This document shows, piece after piece, positions 21,976-33,055 of a stretch of 64,000 nucleotides of DNA. This DNA comes from an uncultured virus (IMG/VR IMGVR_UViG_3300032334_001252). Taxonomy: Duplodnaviria; Heunggongvirae; Uroviricota; Caudoviricetes. The notes under the pieces are model-generated. The model was not told the DNA's origin, searched no databases, and saw only the letters and a list, made by a program, of their open reading frames with translations. How positions within the stretch are numbered: position 1 is the stretch's first letter; the number at the start of each line of letters is the position of its first letter. The stretch lies in the IMG/VR virus record IMGVR_UViG_3300032334_001252; one strand, written 5' to 3'. A program made the translations under genes and the position numbers.

Positions 21976-24900
21976 TTATTGAATAGTTTTTACAAGTATT
22001 GAATTAAGTGTACTTGTATCACTATAATTACCATTTCTATCTACAGCTCTGCAAGCTACTCTATACTCTACGCCACTAGTAGATATAATTGGTTTATGTT
22101 GGTTTCTTAAATCAAACCTACCTGAATCATAACCTGTAACAGTTTGAATATTTAAAATACCATCTGTTAAAGTTGTAGTTGTATCCCAAAAATCTGCAGA
22201 GCCAGTATCTTTGTAGATTTTAAACTCCCAGTGATCAAAGTCACTTGGTTTAGTTATATTTACTGGAGTTGCTACTAAATAAACATCATCTAAATCTAAA
22301 TACAGTCCTGTAGCACTAAAATAATTAGTGTCTTTACCAATATTAGTAAATGTATATACATCGCTCCAAGGTCCCGAAATAGTACCCATTTGGTTAGCGT
22401 ATCTAGCACGTACTTTATAAATTTTACCAGTAATTAAATCATTAATAATAATACTACCCTGTTCTTTATTAACATAGTATAAATTATTTAAACTAGTTGA
22501 ATCTATTGAAGCTGTACCATCTACAACTTGAAACTGTACTATTTCTGCATTTCTTGTTAATTCAGCAGGATTAGCAAAACTAATAATGGCTACATTTTTA
22601 TAAATACCATTACTAATTTGTTCACTAACTGCACTATCACTAGTTACATCAACAATAATTGGTGCACTATTAATAGTATTTTGTATAACTGGTGTACTTA
22701 TAGGTGTAATATTAGCATCATAGATTAATAACTGTGTTAGATCACTAGTATAAATTTGTGGTGAATAATCTACTAGTGTTAATTTAGCAGTTGCATTTTC
22801 ACCAGGTTCAATGGATATAACTACAAGTTGTTGACTTACTTTATTTAACTCACCAAATAAAAATAAATTATCATCTGCTAAACCGTCACTACTACTAATA
22901 GTTGCTGTAGTTGTTCCTCCCGATACAGTAACTATATTAACAGTATCATACCATCCTGTTGTTGTAATAGCTGCAATATTTTTAGTAATACCATCAGGCT
23001 GTGATTGATTGTTTGTTCTAATTAATATTTGATATTGCTTACCTGCAGTTAACCATAATCTTTCAGTAAGTACTAATGTATTAGAGCCTACTTGTGGATT
23101 TTTAATTCTACCGCTACCAACGCCCCACTGTGGAACATCATGTGTAACTTTAACTACATCACCACGCTGGCATACTAAATGTTCAAAATCTGTATTTAAT
23201 GAATATGTTTCTGGTCTTAGGGTTAGCTGTGCAAGATGCCATCTTGCCATAAATGTAGCTTGTTGTTGATTAGTTATGCCAGGTAGTTGTAGTTGTTCAA
23301 ATAATGTTGCTTTTATTTTTCCACCGCTACCATCAGCATTATAACCATAATTATATACATAAAACTCATTTGCCTGATATGCAATAGTTTCATCTGGTAT
23401 GGTTATACGAAATGCGTGTGGTAGTCTTGGTAATGCTTTAGTAGCACTAAAACCCCAGCTATTATATGTAGTAAAATACTGTGTAGTATGATCTCTAGGT
23501 TTATCAATAATAACTGTCCACTTACCATCACTGTATTGTGGGCTAGCCATACCTGCAGCACAAATATCACGCATAATATCCATAATACTTATAGTACTAG
23601 TTATAATACTATTATAAGATAATTTACCGCCTGACGGATTGCCGCTGGAACAAAATTCGTGCCATTCTTGTAGTTTAGCCCAATTGATTTTTGTGCCATG
23701 ACCTACACCACTACTATTAATACCTGCTTCAGTTTGGTTTAACTTATAGGCATTGGCAGGATGTGTTAGTACATATAGTAATAAACTTGCAGGGTTGTTT
23801 ATAGGTTTTCCAGCCACCCATTTTCCACCAATCCAGTCATATCCAATAGTTTGTACTATAGCATTTATACCATCAATTTGTCCATTAGCTTTATTTGTAC
23901 TTTGAACCCTAACAGCTGTTTTAGCTAAATAACAGTTTGGAGGATTAACTACAGGATTATTATTACTAAAACTTGATGCACTGGACAATATAACTTTATA
24001 ATAATAGTGTACAGTATTATCACCTTCAGTAATTTCTGCAGTATCTAAATTTACACGTTTGGCTCTAATTGCATATCTTTGTGGGTCTTTGTCTAAATCA
24101 GTAAAACGATAACTAAAATTAAACGGATCTTTACGTTTTTCATAAAATCCGCCTACCCCAAACTGAAATGTCGTAGACCAACTACTTTGTGGATTTAACC
24201 CGCCAGGAAAGTAATTAATTTTAAAACCTACCCCACGTACATCGCCACTTATATTTTGACCACTATTAACAGCAGTTACTGTTACTGTGTGTGTACCTCT
24301 TTCAAGGTATACCCAATTTTTTACACTACTACCACCGCCCGCATAAGGCATAGTTGCTACAACTGCACCGTCTATAGATATAGTGCCTTGATCATCCGCA
24401 GATGCTTCTATACTGTACCAACCACTCCATTGAAATTTATCGGCGCCAAATACTTTTGGCACAGACCATGTTGTAGTACTTGCCGAACTTTTCCAAATAC
24501 CGTAGTCATTAATAATTGAGCTCCAAAAATTATGACTGCCAGCACGAGCATAGTCACCAGTTACAAAATCTAGTGATGTACAGACTGTTTGTTCTGTAAT
24601 TGGTGTTAATGGATTATCTTGAGTACCAGGTCTAATACTGCCTGCAGTAATACTAACTCTAGTAGTACCTGTTGCTATTTCTTCTGATGTGGGTACATTA
24701 TCATAATACGTAATATTTGTTGCTGTAACTGAGTAAGGTGTGGGTGATAGTGCTAAACCCGTTACTTGTAATCCTTGACTGCTATATATTGATCTATGAT
24801 CTATGGTAGAACTAGCTAAATATGTTCCTCCATATATTACAATAGTATATAACTTATATGCTCCTGGGGGCACTTGTGGTAAATAATTATAATCAGTTGG

Positions 24901-26547
24901 TGTGTCTGGATTAACTAAAGTATTGTAACTACCTTCTTTATAGCGTGATTGTAATGCACTACTAGGATTTTGTCCTAATTGTTCTGTTGCTGCACCATGA
25001 TAAACTTGTATTCCATTACCAGGTACTAAAGCTATAGTATGATACTGATACAGTTCTTGTGCTGCAGTATCATAATATTGACTAGGTATTGCTGCTAATG
25101 GTAATTCTGTTGTCCAAGTGTTAGCCATGCTACCACTAGTTGTAGAATTAAATAATGATGTAGGACTATTATCAGACCAATCATAGCCTGTACCATTCCA
25201 TCTGCCAAGTTGAACATATATGTCAGCTTGTGCAATTCCCACATCACCATTTTTAGTATTTACAGAACGCATACCTTCTGGAAATGTAAAAGATATTTCT
25301 ACACTTGTACCTGTTTGTGTAAAAGGTACTTCTACCCAAGGATTATATCCTGTAAGAACATTATTTACAAGTTCAACACCTTTGTTTATTTGCTGAACAT
25401 CTGAAGGATATAATCTGTTAAATTGTTCGTCATTTTCCCCAGGAACACCATATAAAGTTTTATAAGTAGGAATGTCAGGACCAATATTATCTATATAATA
25501 ATCTTTAATGGGTGTTGAACCAATACATAAGTTATCAACTTGTAGTGGTCCAAATCCCCAAACTACTAATAGGTTTAATAAATTTGTATCTGGTGCAGTT
25601 TGTACATACGGTACTGCACCTAAAGGTCCTGTTGAACGCATTCTTCCTAACACAACAGGTATTGATCCAAATCTATTAGCTTGATTTTGCCCACCAGTAA
25701 ATAAATTCATCTGTCCTGGTGTACCAGGATTATTAACGGGATCTTCTCTAATAGGAAATATTGCATCTACTAGTGCCATGCCTGCTACACTAATAGCTAC
25801 TGTAAGTGCCCTAGTTGCCCATACCGGTACCCATTCGCCTGCTGGTAAAATAAATTCACTTAATTCTGGTGCAAAAATAATGACTGCAAACATTGCAATC
25901 AGTCTAAGCGTGTTACCACCTTCTGGTACTGACTTATATGCTAGTACTTGTCCTCTTTTTAGTACAGTGGTTTCCCATTCTGATTGTGGAACAGGAATAC
26001 CGTCAACTGCTACAATTAATTGGCTACCAAAAGCGGGACTGACTTTATACTTTTCTTTTGTAAAATTAACAAAATCTTGAACTGTTGTACCTTCAACAGT
26101 CCATTCATGAATTATTTGAGTTTTTAATGGGTGTGGTGCTCCCACCACTTGAATATTATTATGTTCAGAATACTTATAGGTACCCTCTATTCTACTAGCC
26201 CAACGAGGACTAGCAATAGAATCTATAACACTGTCACTACCTTCACGGCTGTGTATAAATCTATTATTACCTAGATATACACCTATATGGCGGGGTTCGC
26301 CATAAATATTAAATAAAACAACATCACCTTCACTAGGTGTGGTTGTTAGTTCCCAGCTGTCTTTGTAAAGACTAATAGCCCTGATAACATTAGGGTCATC
26401 AGGGCTATTATATTCTTCTTGATAACTAGGTAATTCTATGCCTAATTCATCACGATAGTATAGGCATACCAATCCCCAGCAATCTACGCCCGTAATGTCT
26501 CTACCTTTTTCTTTGTAGGGTAAACCTATATACTTATCATATTTCAT
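21976..26547 (-). CDS. NlpC/P60 + gpI-like + gpJ-like tail tip fusion
   Basis: GLPY..GRD..GVDCWGLV...HIGVYLG..FIH; IPVVLG; NPA.LL; GDVVKVTHD; FN3 repeats. Confidence 0.85.
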   Translation of the reverse strand: MKYDKYIGLPYKEKGRDITGVDCWGLVCLYYRDELGIELPSYQEEYNSPDDPNVIRAISLYKDSWELTTTPSEGDVVLFNIYGEPRHIGVYLGNNRFIHSREGSDSVIDSIASPRWASRIEGTYKYSEHNNIQVVGAPHPLKTQIIHEWTVEGTTVQDFVNFTKEKYKVSPAFGSQLIVAVDGIPVPQSEWETTVLKRGQVLAYKSVPEGGNTLRLIAMFAVIIFAPELSEFILPAGEWVPVWATRALTVAISVAGMALVDAIFPIREDPVNNPGTPGQMNLFTGGQNQANRFGSIPVVLGRMRSTGPLGAVPYVQTAPDTNLLNLLVVWGFGPLQVDNLCIGSTPIKDYYIDNIGPDIPTYKTLYGVPGENDEQFNRLYPSDVQQINKGVELVNNVLTGYNPWVEVPFTQTGTSVEISFTFPEGMRSVNTKNGDVGIAQADIYVQLGRWNGTGYDWSDNSPTSLFNSTTSGSMANTWTTELPLAAIPSQYYDTAAQELYQYHTIALVPGNGIQVYHGAATEQLGQNPSSALQSRYKEGSYNTLVNPDTPTDYNYLPQVPPGAYKLYTIVIYGGTYLASSTIDHRSIYSSQGLQVTGLALSPTPYSVTATNITYYDNVPTSEEIATGTTRVSITAGSIRPGTQDNPLTPITEQTVCTSLDFVTGDYARAGSHNFWSSIINDYGIWKSSASTTTWSVPKVFGADKFQWSGWYSIEASADDQGTISIDGAVVATMPYAGGGSSVKNWVYLERGTHTVTVTAVNSGQNISGDVRGVGFKINYFPGGLNPQSSWSTTFQFGVGGFYEKRKDPFNFSYRFTDLDKDPQRYAIRAKRVNLDTAEITEGDNTVHYYYKVILSSASSFSNNNPVVNPPNCYLAKTAVRVQSTNKANGQIDGINAIVQTIGYDWIGGKWVAGKPINNPASLLLYVLTHPANAYKLNQTEAGINSSGVGHGTKINWAKLQEWHEFCSSGNPSGGKLSYNSIITSTISIMDIMRDICAAGMASPQYSDGKWTVIIDKPRDHTTQYFTTYNSWGFSATKALPRLPHAFRITIPDETIAYQANEFYVYNYGYNADGSGGKIKATLFEQLQLPGITNQQQATFMARWHLAQLTLRPETYSLNTDFEHLVCQRGDVVKVTHDVPQWGVGSGRIKNPQVGSNTLVLTERLWLTAGKQYQILIRTNNQSQPDGITKNIAAITTTGWYDTVNIVTVSGGTTTATISSSDGLADDNLFLFGELNKVSQQLVVISIEPGENATAKLTLVDYSPQIYTSDLTQLLIYDANITPISTPVIQNTINSAPIIVDVTSDSAVSEQISNGIYKNVAIISFANPAELTRNAEIVQFQVVDGTASIDSTSLNNLYYVNKEQGSIIINDLITGKIYKVRARYANQMGTISGPWSDVYTFTNIGKDTNYFSATGLYLDLDDVYLVATPVNITKPSDFDHWEFKIYKDTGSADFWDTTTTLTDGILNIQTVTGYDSGRFDLRNQHKPIISTSGVEYRVACRAVDRNGNYSDTSTLNSILVKTIQ

Positions 26548-27086
26548 TAGAATAATCCCGGAAAATATCCTGGTGTAAAATTAAATGCAGGAAATGGCTC
26601 TCTACTTAAACTAATCATTTCTAAGCTAAGAGTTATTTGTTGCTGATTATAAGTTACACTAGTAATATAAAAATCTGAAAAACTAACTTCTACAGTATTT
26701 GGTGTAGCACCTAATACTAATTCTAATAATACCTTGGTAGGTTTAGTTAGTTGAGTACGTATTAATTGAACTATCTCTGGAGAAGTATAGTTCAAATTAA
26801 TATTATACCCTCCAGTACCGGTATCATTTTCAGTAGGTAGTGTAATTTGTAATGGTAAAAATATATAATCATTACTACGACTAGTTACACCATACACAAT
26901 TTCACTATCTGTAGTTAATGGTGGATCCAGCCTTTTGGTAAATGTATCTGCTAATCTAAGTGCAATAGCATTGCCTGTTAAATCAGCAGGATCATAAATT
27001 GTTACAAGCATTATTAGTTGTTGTTGTGTTTCTGTACTAAACATTGCCTGTACAGCATTTGCACTTAAACTAGTTAATCTACTCAT
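26547..27086 (-). CDS. minor tail protein (DUF1833/gpL-like)
   Basis: Y.FLP..ITLP...; ends EPFPA..FTP..FPGLF. Confidence 0.75.
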   Translation of the reverse strand: MSRLTSLSANAVQAMFSTETQQQLIMLVTIYDPADLTGNAIALRLADTFTKRLDPPLTTDSEIVYGVTSRSNDYIFLPLQITLPTENDTGTGGYNINLNYTSPEIVQLIRTQLTKPTKVLLELVLGATPNTVEVSFSDFYITSVTYNQQQITLSLEMISLSREPFPAFNFTPGYFPGLF

Positions 27087-27445
27087 GGCATTATTTCCAT
27101 TTTTAAACTAGTTGTCCAATAACCAGGAGCTAAATATTGTACAGTAAAAAACTCACCATTACTACCAGGTACAATTCTAACATCAATATTTGTACCCAGT
27201 AGTCGTGGATGTGGAAATGTAAAACGTGAGGTTCCCATTATAGTGTTTTTAATAAAATCATCTAGTATTTCAGTTTGTGCAGTCGTCATAATAAATGATA
27301 ATTGCATATCATTAGGACGACTAGCACGCAAACGCTGTTTGGCAGGACCACCATCAGTTTGGGTTCTAACAATATTAATACCTATGGTTTCTTGAAAACC
27401 TTTTTGTGGTACTTGTGGCAGTGTTGCTGGCCATGGTTGAACCAT
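27083..27445 (-). CDS. distal tail protein (gpM-like)
   Basis: WP.TLP...RTQTD.GPAKQR; immediately after tape measure. Confidence 0.75.
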   Translation of the reverse strand: MVQPWPATLPQVPQKGFQETIGINIVRTQTDGGPAKQRLRASRPNDMQLSFIMTTAQTEILDDFIKNTIMGTSRFTFPHPRLLGTNIDVRIVPGSNGEFFTVQYLAPGYWTTSLKMEIMP

Positions 27446-27448
27446 ATA

Positions 27449-30400
27449 TTATCTCCTTACCAATGCTGGACGATTACCATAATTTAAATTTAAAGCTTTC
27501 TGAGAACTAGAGCCAGTTGTACTGAGTTGATCAGCAACCATATCTCCAATAATAACTTCAATTTTACGGTTGCCTTTAGAATCTTTAGTTTCTGTAGTAG
27601 TTGCTTTATCATTGCCATAGTTATTAACTACAACATCAACATTGCCACCGCCGCCATTAATTACGCCTAAGTTACCTGCGCCGTCGCGACGTAATGGCAT
27701 AATAGCTTCAGGCCCTGCTTCGCCCATCATACCAGTACCTTGTGCAAATTTAAATAATGTTGGTTGCGTAACTATACCGCCCATAGCATATTTCATAACG
27801 CCCTGATCCCAGGCACTACCTTGTGCAGAAGCAAATAGTGATTTACCCCAACTAAATAAATCGCTAGCACCACTTTTAACTGCTGACATAATACCAGGTC
27901 CACCACCTAATCCATCAGGACCATTATATAACTTTAACATCTGTTGTTTTAATTCATATCGAATTAAATCAGCAATCATAGAATCTATCAAACCTTTGAA
28001 ACTAGTTTTACCAGTAGTAACAAATTCCGTAAATTTATCAGCAGCTGTATCAATTCCTTTTTCAATTACTTGAGAATATGCTTGTTCACGTTTACTTTTT
28101 TCATTTTGCGCTTCTAGTTCAAGATCAATGAGTTTTTTCTTAGCATAGTACTCATCATCAATTCCTTGTAAAGCTGCACTATGATTATCATCTTGACGTT
28201 TTCTTGCTATTTTAGCTTCCTCAGTTTCATAAATATTATTTTTCTTTTGTTCTAATATTAAATTTCTAGTGTCTGCTTCATACTTAGCGTTTTCTACTAC
28301 TTTAGCTTTTCTTCTTTCTATATCTGCATTAGTTAGTGCAAGAGCATTACTTTCAACTGAAAAAGTAAATTCACTAATTTTGCCATTATCTTTATCAATT
28401 TGAAGACCTTTTAATTTTGCATCATTATTTCTTAGTTGTGCATCAAGAGAAAGAACGTCTAAATTTTTATTATTTTCTGTTGATGCATTAAGTCTGTCAT
28501 TGGTTAAAGCTGTTTGATCTAATAGAGCTTTTCTTTTTGTTTCTGCATCTACAGTTTTTTCTATAATACCTTGTGTTTCCCGCATTTGTTGTAGATTTTT
28601 ATCTGCATTTACCATTGCTTCAGCACCTAATGCAGCTACACCACTAAATCCTTTTTGTCTAGAAAGATCCAATACTGCTGAACCTTGTGCTTTATTTTGT
28701 TCAAAAGGTAATTGTGCAATTTTATTTTGCTGAGCCACTTCTAGTGCAGTTCTTCTTGCAATTTCTACATCTCTGGCTTCTTGTGTAGGTAATTTTCTGA
28801 ACTCTTCTCCACCAAGATATTGTTTATTTTCAGCCTGTAGTTTTTGTAGTTTTTGGTCTTCTTCTTGTTTAATTTTATCAAATCTAGCAGCTATTGTATC
28901 AGTTACTCTTTTTACTTCAATTGCACCTGCTTCACCACCTAACTGTGCTAATTTTACTTTTACACCAATTCTTTCACTAATAATATTAGCTATAGTATCT
29001 GTTAAATTGCCTTCTTTATCAAATTCTTTAGCTGTTTTGTTACTAGTAGTAGCTTCTATCTCAGCAGGTATTTGTTTTAAACGTTTTTCAGCTGCTACAC
29101 GATCTTCGCCTGTAAGTTTAAATGCTCCGCCACCAGTTTCTTCTGCTAATTTAGCCTCTAAATTAATTCTTTCTGTATTTAAACGAGATAGTCTGGTTTC
29201 TTTTGATAATTCGTATAATGCTGTAATTTCACTTTTTCTAATAGCAATGGACTCTAACTCAAGTTTGGCAGTCATAGCAACAGTTGCTTCTGTACGTGGT
29301 AGTGTGCTTACTAAAGCTTTTTGATAGTTTATTGAAGCACTTTGAATTGCGCGTACTAATGGTCCTTCAATAAACTTAATAGCAGTTTCCATTGACCCAG
29401 ACATTTTAATAATAGTTTTATCAGAAAGATCTTTTTCTTTTGCTAAAATATCTTTTTGTTTATCTAATGCTGCATTTAGCTGTCTTTGGCCATCTGCTAT
29501 AATTGATGCACTTGATGCATAGTTTGCAGTATTGCCGCCGTTAAAAGCAATATCAATTGCTTTTTGTTTACCCTGTTGAATTAATTTTTCAGCAGCAGCT
29601 TGCTCATCTTTTGCCTGTCTTAGCTGTGTTTCTAGTTTTTGCATTTCGGCTGTAGCTGCTCGGAACTCAGTCTGTATATTAGCAGGCAATAAATCAAGTT
29701 TACTAGTATTATTAGCTAAATCTCTTAATTGTGCTAATTTAGCTATAGGATCGTCTACAGCTGTAGCTAGTGAATTCATTTGAGCTATAAGTGCAAGTGC
29801 ATATTTAGTACCAGCATCATTGCTAATAAATGTATTATTTAAATCTGTAAATGCTTTTTCTAGTTTTTTATATTTATCAGCAACATCCTCGCCAGGTGCT
29901 GCAATCTTTTTATTAGCTTTATTGATATCTTCAACTAAACCGGTTACACTTTCCATTGTAGCTCTGCTAGCATTTTCTAATTTAGCAGTTACCTTATCTT
30001 GTGTTAGTGGACCTTTTATCTCTAATAAATCTTTTAACTTTTCTTCTGCTTTTGATTTTAGCTCAGGAGTAGCTGCATCATTAATTGCTGCTATTACAGA
30101 TTTACCAAATCCTTCAATAGCATTTGATCTAGTTTGTCCACCTAGTGCAGTTGGTAAAACATTTTCCCAAAACTTTGACCAAGCCCCTTGAGCTTTTTGT
30201 TGTTCTTCTAGTTGCTTTGGCAACTCTTTTAGCGACTGTGCAATTCCATCAATTGCTTTAGATTTTGCAGATAAACCTGCTACTGTAGTTTCGTCACCAT
30301 AATTTTTAAATACATCAACTGCAGTTTTAGTAACTTCAGCTAAAATTTCTGTTTTACTAGCTAATGCTTCAGTTTCTTTTACAGCTGTACTTAAAAACAT

Positions 30401-32062
30401 ATCTAATATAGCTTTAGTACCTGCTAATATAGAAATTGCCATTCCTACATTGCCTAGTGCACCTACAAATTGCATTAATCTAGTAGCTGCAGCTGCAGCT
30501 GTTCCACTAATGCCAGTAAGTAATGCGCGTGGAATACTAAGATCTGCACGACTAATATTTGCAGTCATTTCATTCCAGGATGCTTTAAATCCTAGAATAC
30601 CAGCAGTTTCGCCTGCGGTAGCTACAATATTACCAGCCGCCGCTTTTTGTCTTGCTTTCTCCGCATCACGATTAATTGCGGCTTGTGGACTAAATACTCC
30701 AGCAGTAGCATTTAATTTTTTGTCTAATTGCGCTGTTTTTTCAGCTTCATCTCTATTATTTTTCTGATAGTCTTTGACTGCGGCAGACCAATCTCTATAT
30801 TGTTGCGCAACTTTAGTTTGTTTTGCACCTAATTCATCAATATAGGCTAACTCTGCTTTACTAATCTTTGAAATATCTCTATTAGGATCAGTGATAGTTT
30901 TAGCACGATCACTCATACCTTTTTTAGCAACTTTTAATGCACTATCTGCAGCACCAACCTGTGCAGCTTTTAATTGCTCAATATTTTCTACTTCTGCTTG
31001 AAAAGCCTGTCTACGTAAATCATTTTGAACTGCATTTGCTTTTTTAGCATAGTCTAATTTTGCTGCTGCTGCCACTGCTAATGCATCTGCTTCAGCTCTA
31101 GCACTTTGACGTAATTGTGAAATAGCAGGTAAAAATTTATCAAATATGCTTTTGGCTAATAGAATCATTACACCAGTTAATGCAGTAGGATTTTCACTTA
31201 AAAATCCAACTAAAGGTTTTAATACACTATTAATAAGTGTTAATCCTTGTAGTGATAAATTAGTAATACTTGCTAATAATTTATCATAGGGATTCGAATC
31301 TACTTTAATAGTGTTATATTTATCGCCGCCTTCTTTTAATACTGCAATAGCAAAGCCTTGGGCTCTTTCTAGTTCAGTAAGCGCATGTACTGGTTTGCCT
31401 AATGCTGCAGCATATTTTTCTACTGCAGGGCCTAATTTAGTATATATACCTAATTCATCTAATAATTCTGGTTCTAATTTAGAAATACCACGCGATAAAC
31501 GACTAACAGAATCATTTAAATCTCTGCCTAATGCCACACTAGCTTTTTTAGCTATATCTGCAATTTTTAATATTTGTTCTTGACTTAGTCCAGCACCACT
31601 AGCTTTTGATACTGCTTCCATGCTGTCTTTCATACTTACAGCAAATCCAGTAGCTGCCTGAAATTGTTTAGACATAGCACCTAATGAAACGCCACTTCTA
31701 GCGCTCATTTGTTCCATGCCTTTAGTCATATTTTCAAAGTCAGCAGCTTCTTTTAATTTACGAAATGCAGCTTCTACAGCAAATATTGTGGCTGCATATT
31801 GTGCATAAATTGCAACTAAACCACCAATACTTCTAGCTTCTTTTCCAAAATCGCGACCGGCCGCACCTGTTCCTCCGCCAATAGCACGAGCGGCATTATA
31901 GTCAGTATTCTCAGCTTTTGCAGCTGCAGCAGTTCTACGTTTGTTACTAGTTTCTAATTTGTCTAACTCTTGATTTAATCGCTGAGCTTCTTGGGTACGC
32001 TTTTGTGCCGTAGCCCCATCATCAGTAACTTGTAGATTTGCCTTAATGGTATAGTCTGCCAT
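27449..32062 (-). CDS. tail tape measure protein
   Basis: Long helical Ala/Lys-rich protein; KLEPELLDELGI; C-terminal GEAGPEAIMPL; GGAG RBS before ATG 32062. Confidence 0.93.
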   Translation of the reverse strand: MADYTIKANLQVTDDGATAQKRTQEAQRLNQELDKLETSNKRRTAAAAKAENTDYNAARAIGGGTGAAGRDFGKEARSIGGLVAIYAQYAATIFAVEAAFRKLKEAADFENMTKGMEQMSARSGVSLGAMSKQFQAATGFAVSMKDSMEAVSKASGAGLSQEQILKIADIAKKASVALGRDLNDSVSRLSRGISKLEPELLDELGIYTKLGPAVEKYAAALGKPVHALTELERAQGFAIAVLKEGGDKYNTIKVDSNPYDKLLASITNLSLQGLTLINSVLKPLVGFLSENPTALTGVMILLAKSIFDKFLPAISQLRQSARAEADALAVAAAAKLDYAKKANAVQNDLRRQAFQAEVENIEQLKAAQVGAADSALKVAKKGMSDRAKTITDPNRDISKISKAELAYIDELGAKQTKVAQQYRDWSAAVKDYQKNNRDEAEKTAQLDKKLNATAGVFSPQAAINRDAEKARQKAAAGNIVATAGETAGILGFKASWNEMTANISRADLSIPRALLTGISGTAAAAATRLMQFVGALGNVGMAISILAGTKAILDMFLSTAVKETEALASKTEILAEVTKTAVDVFKNYGDETTVAGLSAKSKAIDGIAQSLKELPKQLEEQQKAQGAWSKFWENVLPTALGGQTRSNAIEGFGKSVIAAINDAATPELKSKAEEKLKDLLEIKGPLTQDKVTAKLENASRATMESVTGLVEDINKANKKIAAPGEDVADKYKKLEKAFTDLNNTFISNDAGTKYALALIAQMNSLATAVDDPIAKLAQLRDLANNTSKLDLLPANIQTEFRAATAEMQKLETQLRQAKDEQAAAEKLIQQGKQKAIDIAFNGGNTANYASSASIIADGQRQLNAALDKQKDILAKEKDLSDKTIIKMSGSMETAIKFIEGPLVRAIQSASINYQKALVSTLPRTEATVAMTAKLELESIAIRKSEITALYELSKETRLSRLNTERINLEAKLAEETGGGAFKLTGEDRVAAEKRLKQIPAEIEATTSNKTAKEFDKEGNLTDTIANIISERIGVKVKLAQLGGEAGAIEVKRVTDTIAARFDKIKQEEDQKLQKLQAENKQYLGGEEFRKLPTQEARDVEIARRTALEVAQQNKIAQLPFEQNKAQGSAVLDLSRQKGFSGVAALGAEAMVNADKNLQQMRETQGIIEKTVDAETKRKALLDQTALTNDRLNASTENNKNLDVLSLDAQLRNNDAKLKGLQIDKDNGKISEFTFSVESNALALTNADIERRKAKVVENAKYEADTRNLILEQKKNNIYETEEAKIARKRQDDNHSAALQGIDDEYYAKKKLIDLELEAQNEKSKREQAYSQVIEKGIDTAADKFTEFVTTGKTSFKGLIDSMIADLIRYELKQQMLKLYNGPDGLGGGPGIMSAVKSGASDLFSWGKSLFASAQGSAWDQGVMKYAMGGIVTQPTLFKFAQGTGMMGEAGPEAIMPLRRDGAGNLGVINGGGGNVDVVVNNYGNDKATTTETKDSKGNRKIEVIIGDMVADQLSTTGSSSQKALNLNYGNRPALVRR

Positions 32063-32112
32063 AAACTCTCCAATTTTATTGTAAAAGTACAATAATATAA
32101 TTAATTTGATCC

Positions 32113-32141
32113 ATTATATCACTTGAGGACTTAGTTGTCAA
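32113..32141 (-). promoter_or_regulatory. sigma70 promoter (TTGACA-17-TATAAT)
   Basis: Perfect consensus upstream of tape measure. Confidence 0.85.
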
Positions 32142-32161
32142 ACCAAAAAATTTTAAGCAAT

Positions 32162-32194
32162 AAAAAAACCGCTAATTATTAGTTAGCGGTTTTT
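32162..32194. terminator. bidirectional intrinsic terminator
   Basis: AAAAAACCGCTAA...TTAGCGGTTTTT. Confidence 0.85.
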
Positions 32195-32197
32195 AGT

Positions 32198-32530
32198 TTA
32201 CTTATTTTTTCTAGTTTCTTGTATTCTAATAGCGTCTATAATATGTATTAATTCTAAATAATATCTTTTATCTAGCGGTGCAATATCATAGACTTCGAAC
32301 AGTTCAAAAATTCCGTTAAAGTTTTTACCAGTATAAGTGCCTCCCATATATTCCCACTCATCTCGCATCAGTCTGTATATACTAAGTGCGACTTGAATTT
32401 CGTCTGGAAAGTCATTATATTCTACGGGTATTTCTTCTTCTATTGGCTCTGATCCAAGTGCTTCACACATTTCAAAATATTGCTCTTTGGTCATACTAAC
32501 CGCACTATTTTGAAGATAACTCTCGATCAT
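32198..32530 (-). CDS. tail assembly chaperone, C-terminal (gpT-like) frame reached by -1 frameshift
   Basis: Open -1 frame continues from GGGAAAG at 32563-32569 into this ORF. Confidence 0.8.
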   Translation of the reverse strand: MIESYLQNSAVSMTKEQYFEMCEALGSEPIEEEIPVEYNDFPDEIQVALSIYRLMRDEWEYMGGTYTGKNFNGIFELFEVYDIAPLDKRYYLELIHIIDAIRIQETRKNK

Positions 32531-32544
32531 TTGCCTAATTTCTG

Positions 32545-32979
32545 TTAACTGTTCTTCGAAAACTTTCCCAAGTCACTTACAAATTCACTAATAAAGTTAT
32601 CAAAGTCACTGGAATTTTTCATAAGCATTAGCGCATTTTCTTTGCTAAATCCTAAGAAATCTTCAGGGTCATATTGTGATACGTCTACAGGTACTAGTTG
32701 TTCTACAAACTTAAATTTTAAACCAGTCCAACCTTTAACTGCTGTTTCAGCGTAAAGTTCTAGAAATAATTCTTCATTAAAATCATCACTAGTTTGACGG
32801 TTTTTAAATGTTGTTTTTGTAGATTTTTTACGTAGGTTAATTAAATTTTCACGACTCATAAAACCTAATGTAACTTTGAAACCAGGTAGCCCTGGGTATT
32901 CTACTTCAACTGTTTTAGAAGGTACTAGTAGTGATTTTAAACTAACTTGTTGTTGTGCTTGAGATGTTTCTGTTGCCAT
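32545..32979 (-). CDS. tail assembly chaperone (gpG-like)
   Basis: VKGW.G motif; between tail tube and tape measure; slippery site at 3' end. Confidence 0.85.
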   Translation of the reverse strand: MATETSQAQQQVSLKSLLVPSKTVEVEYPGLPGFKVTLGFMSRENLINLRKKSTKTTFKNRQTSDDFNEELFLELYAETAVKGWTGLKFKFVEQLVPVDVSQYDPEDFLGFSKENALMLMKNSSDFDNFISEFVSDLGKFSKNS

Positions 32980-33055
32980 TTGGCGTCCTATTATTATATA
33001 ATTAAGAAAAAGAAGTGCTGGAGATCAACCCAGCACTTGCCGATAAAGTTACGGC

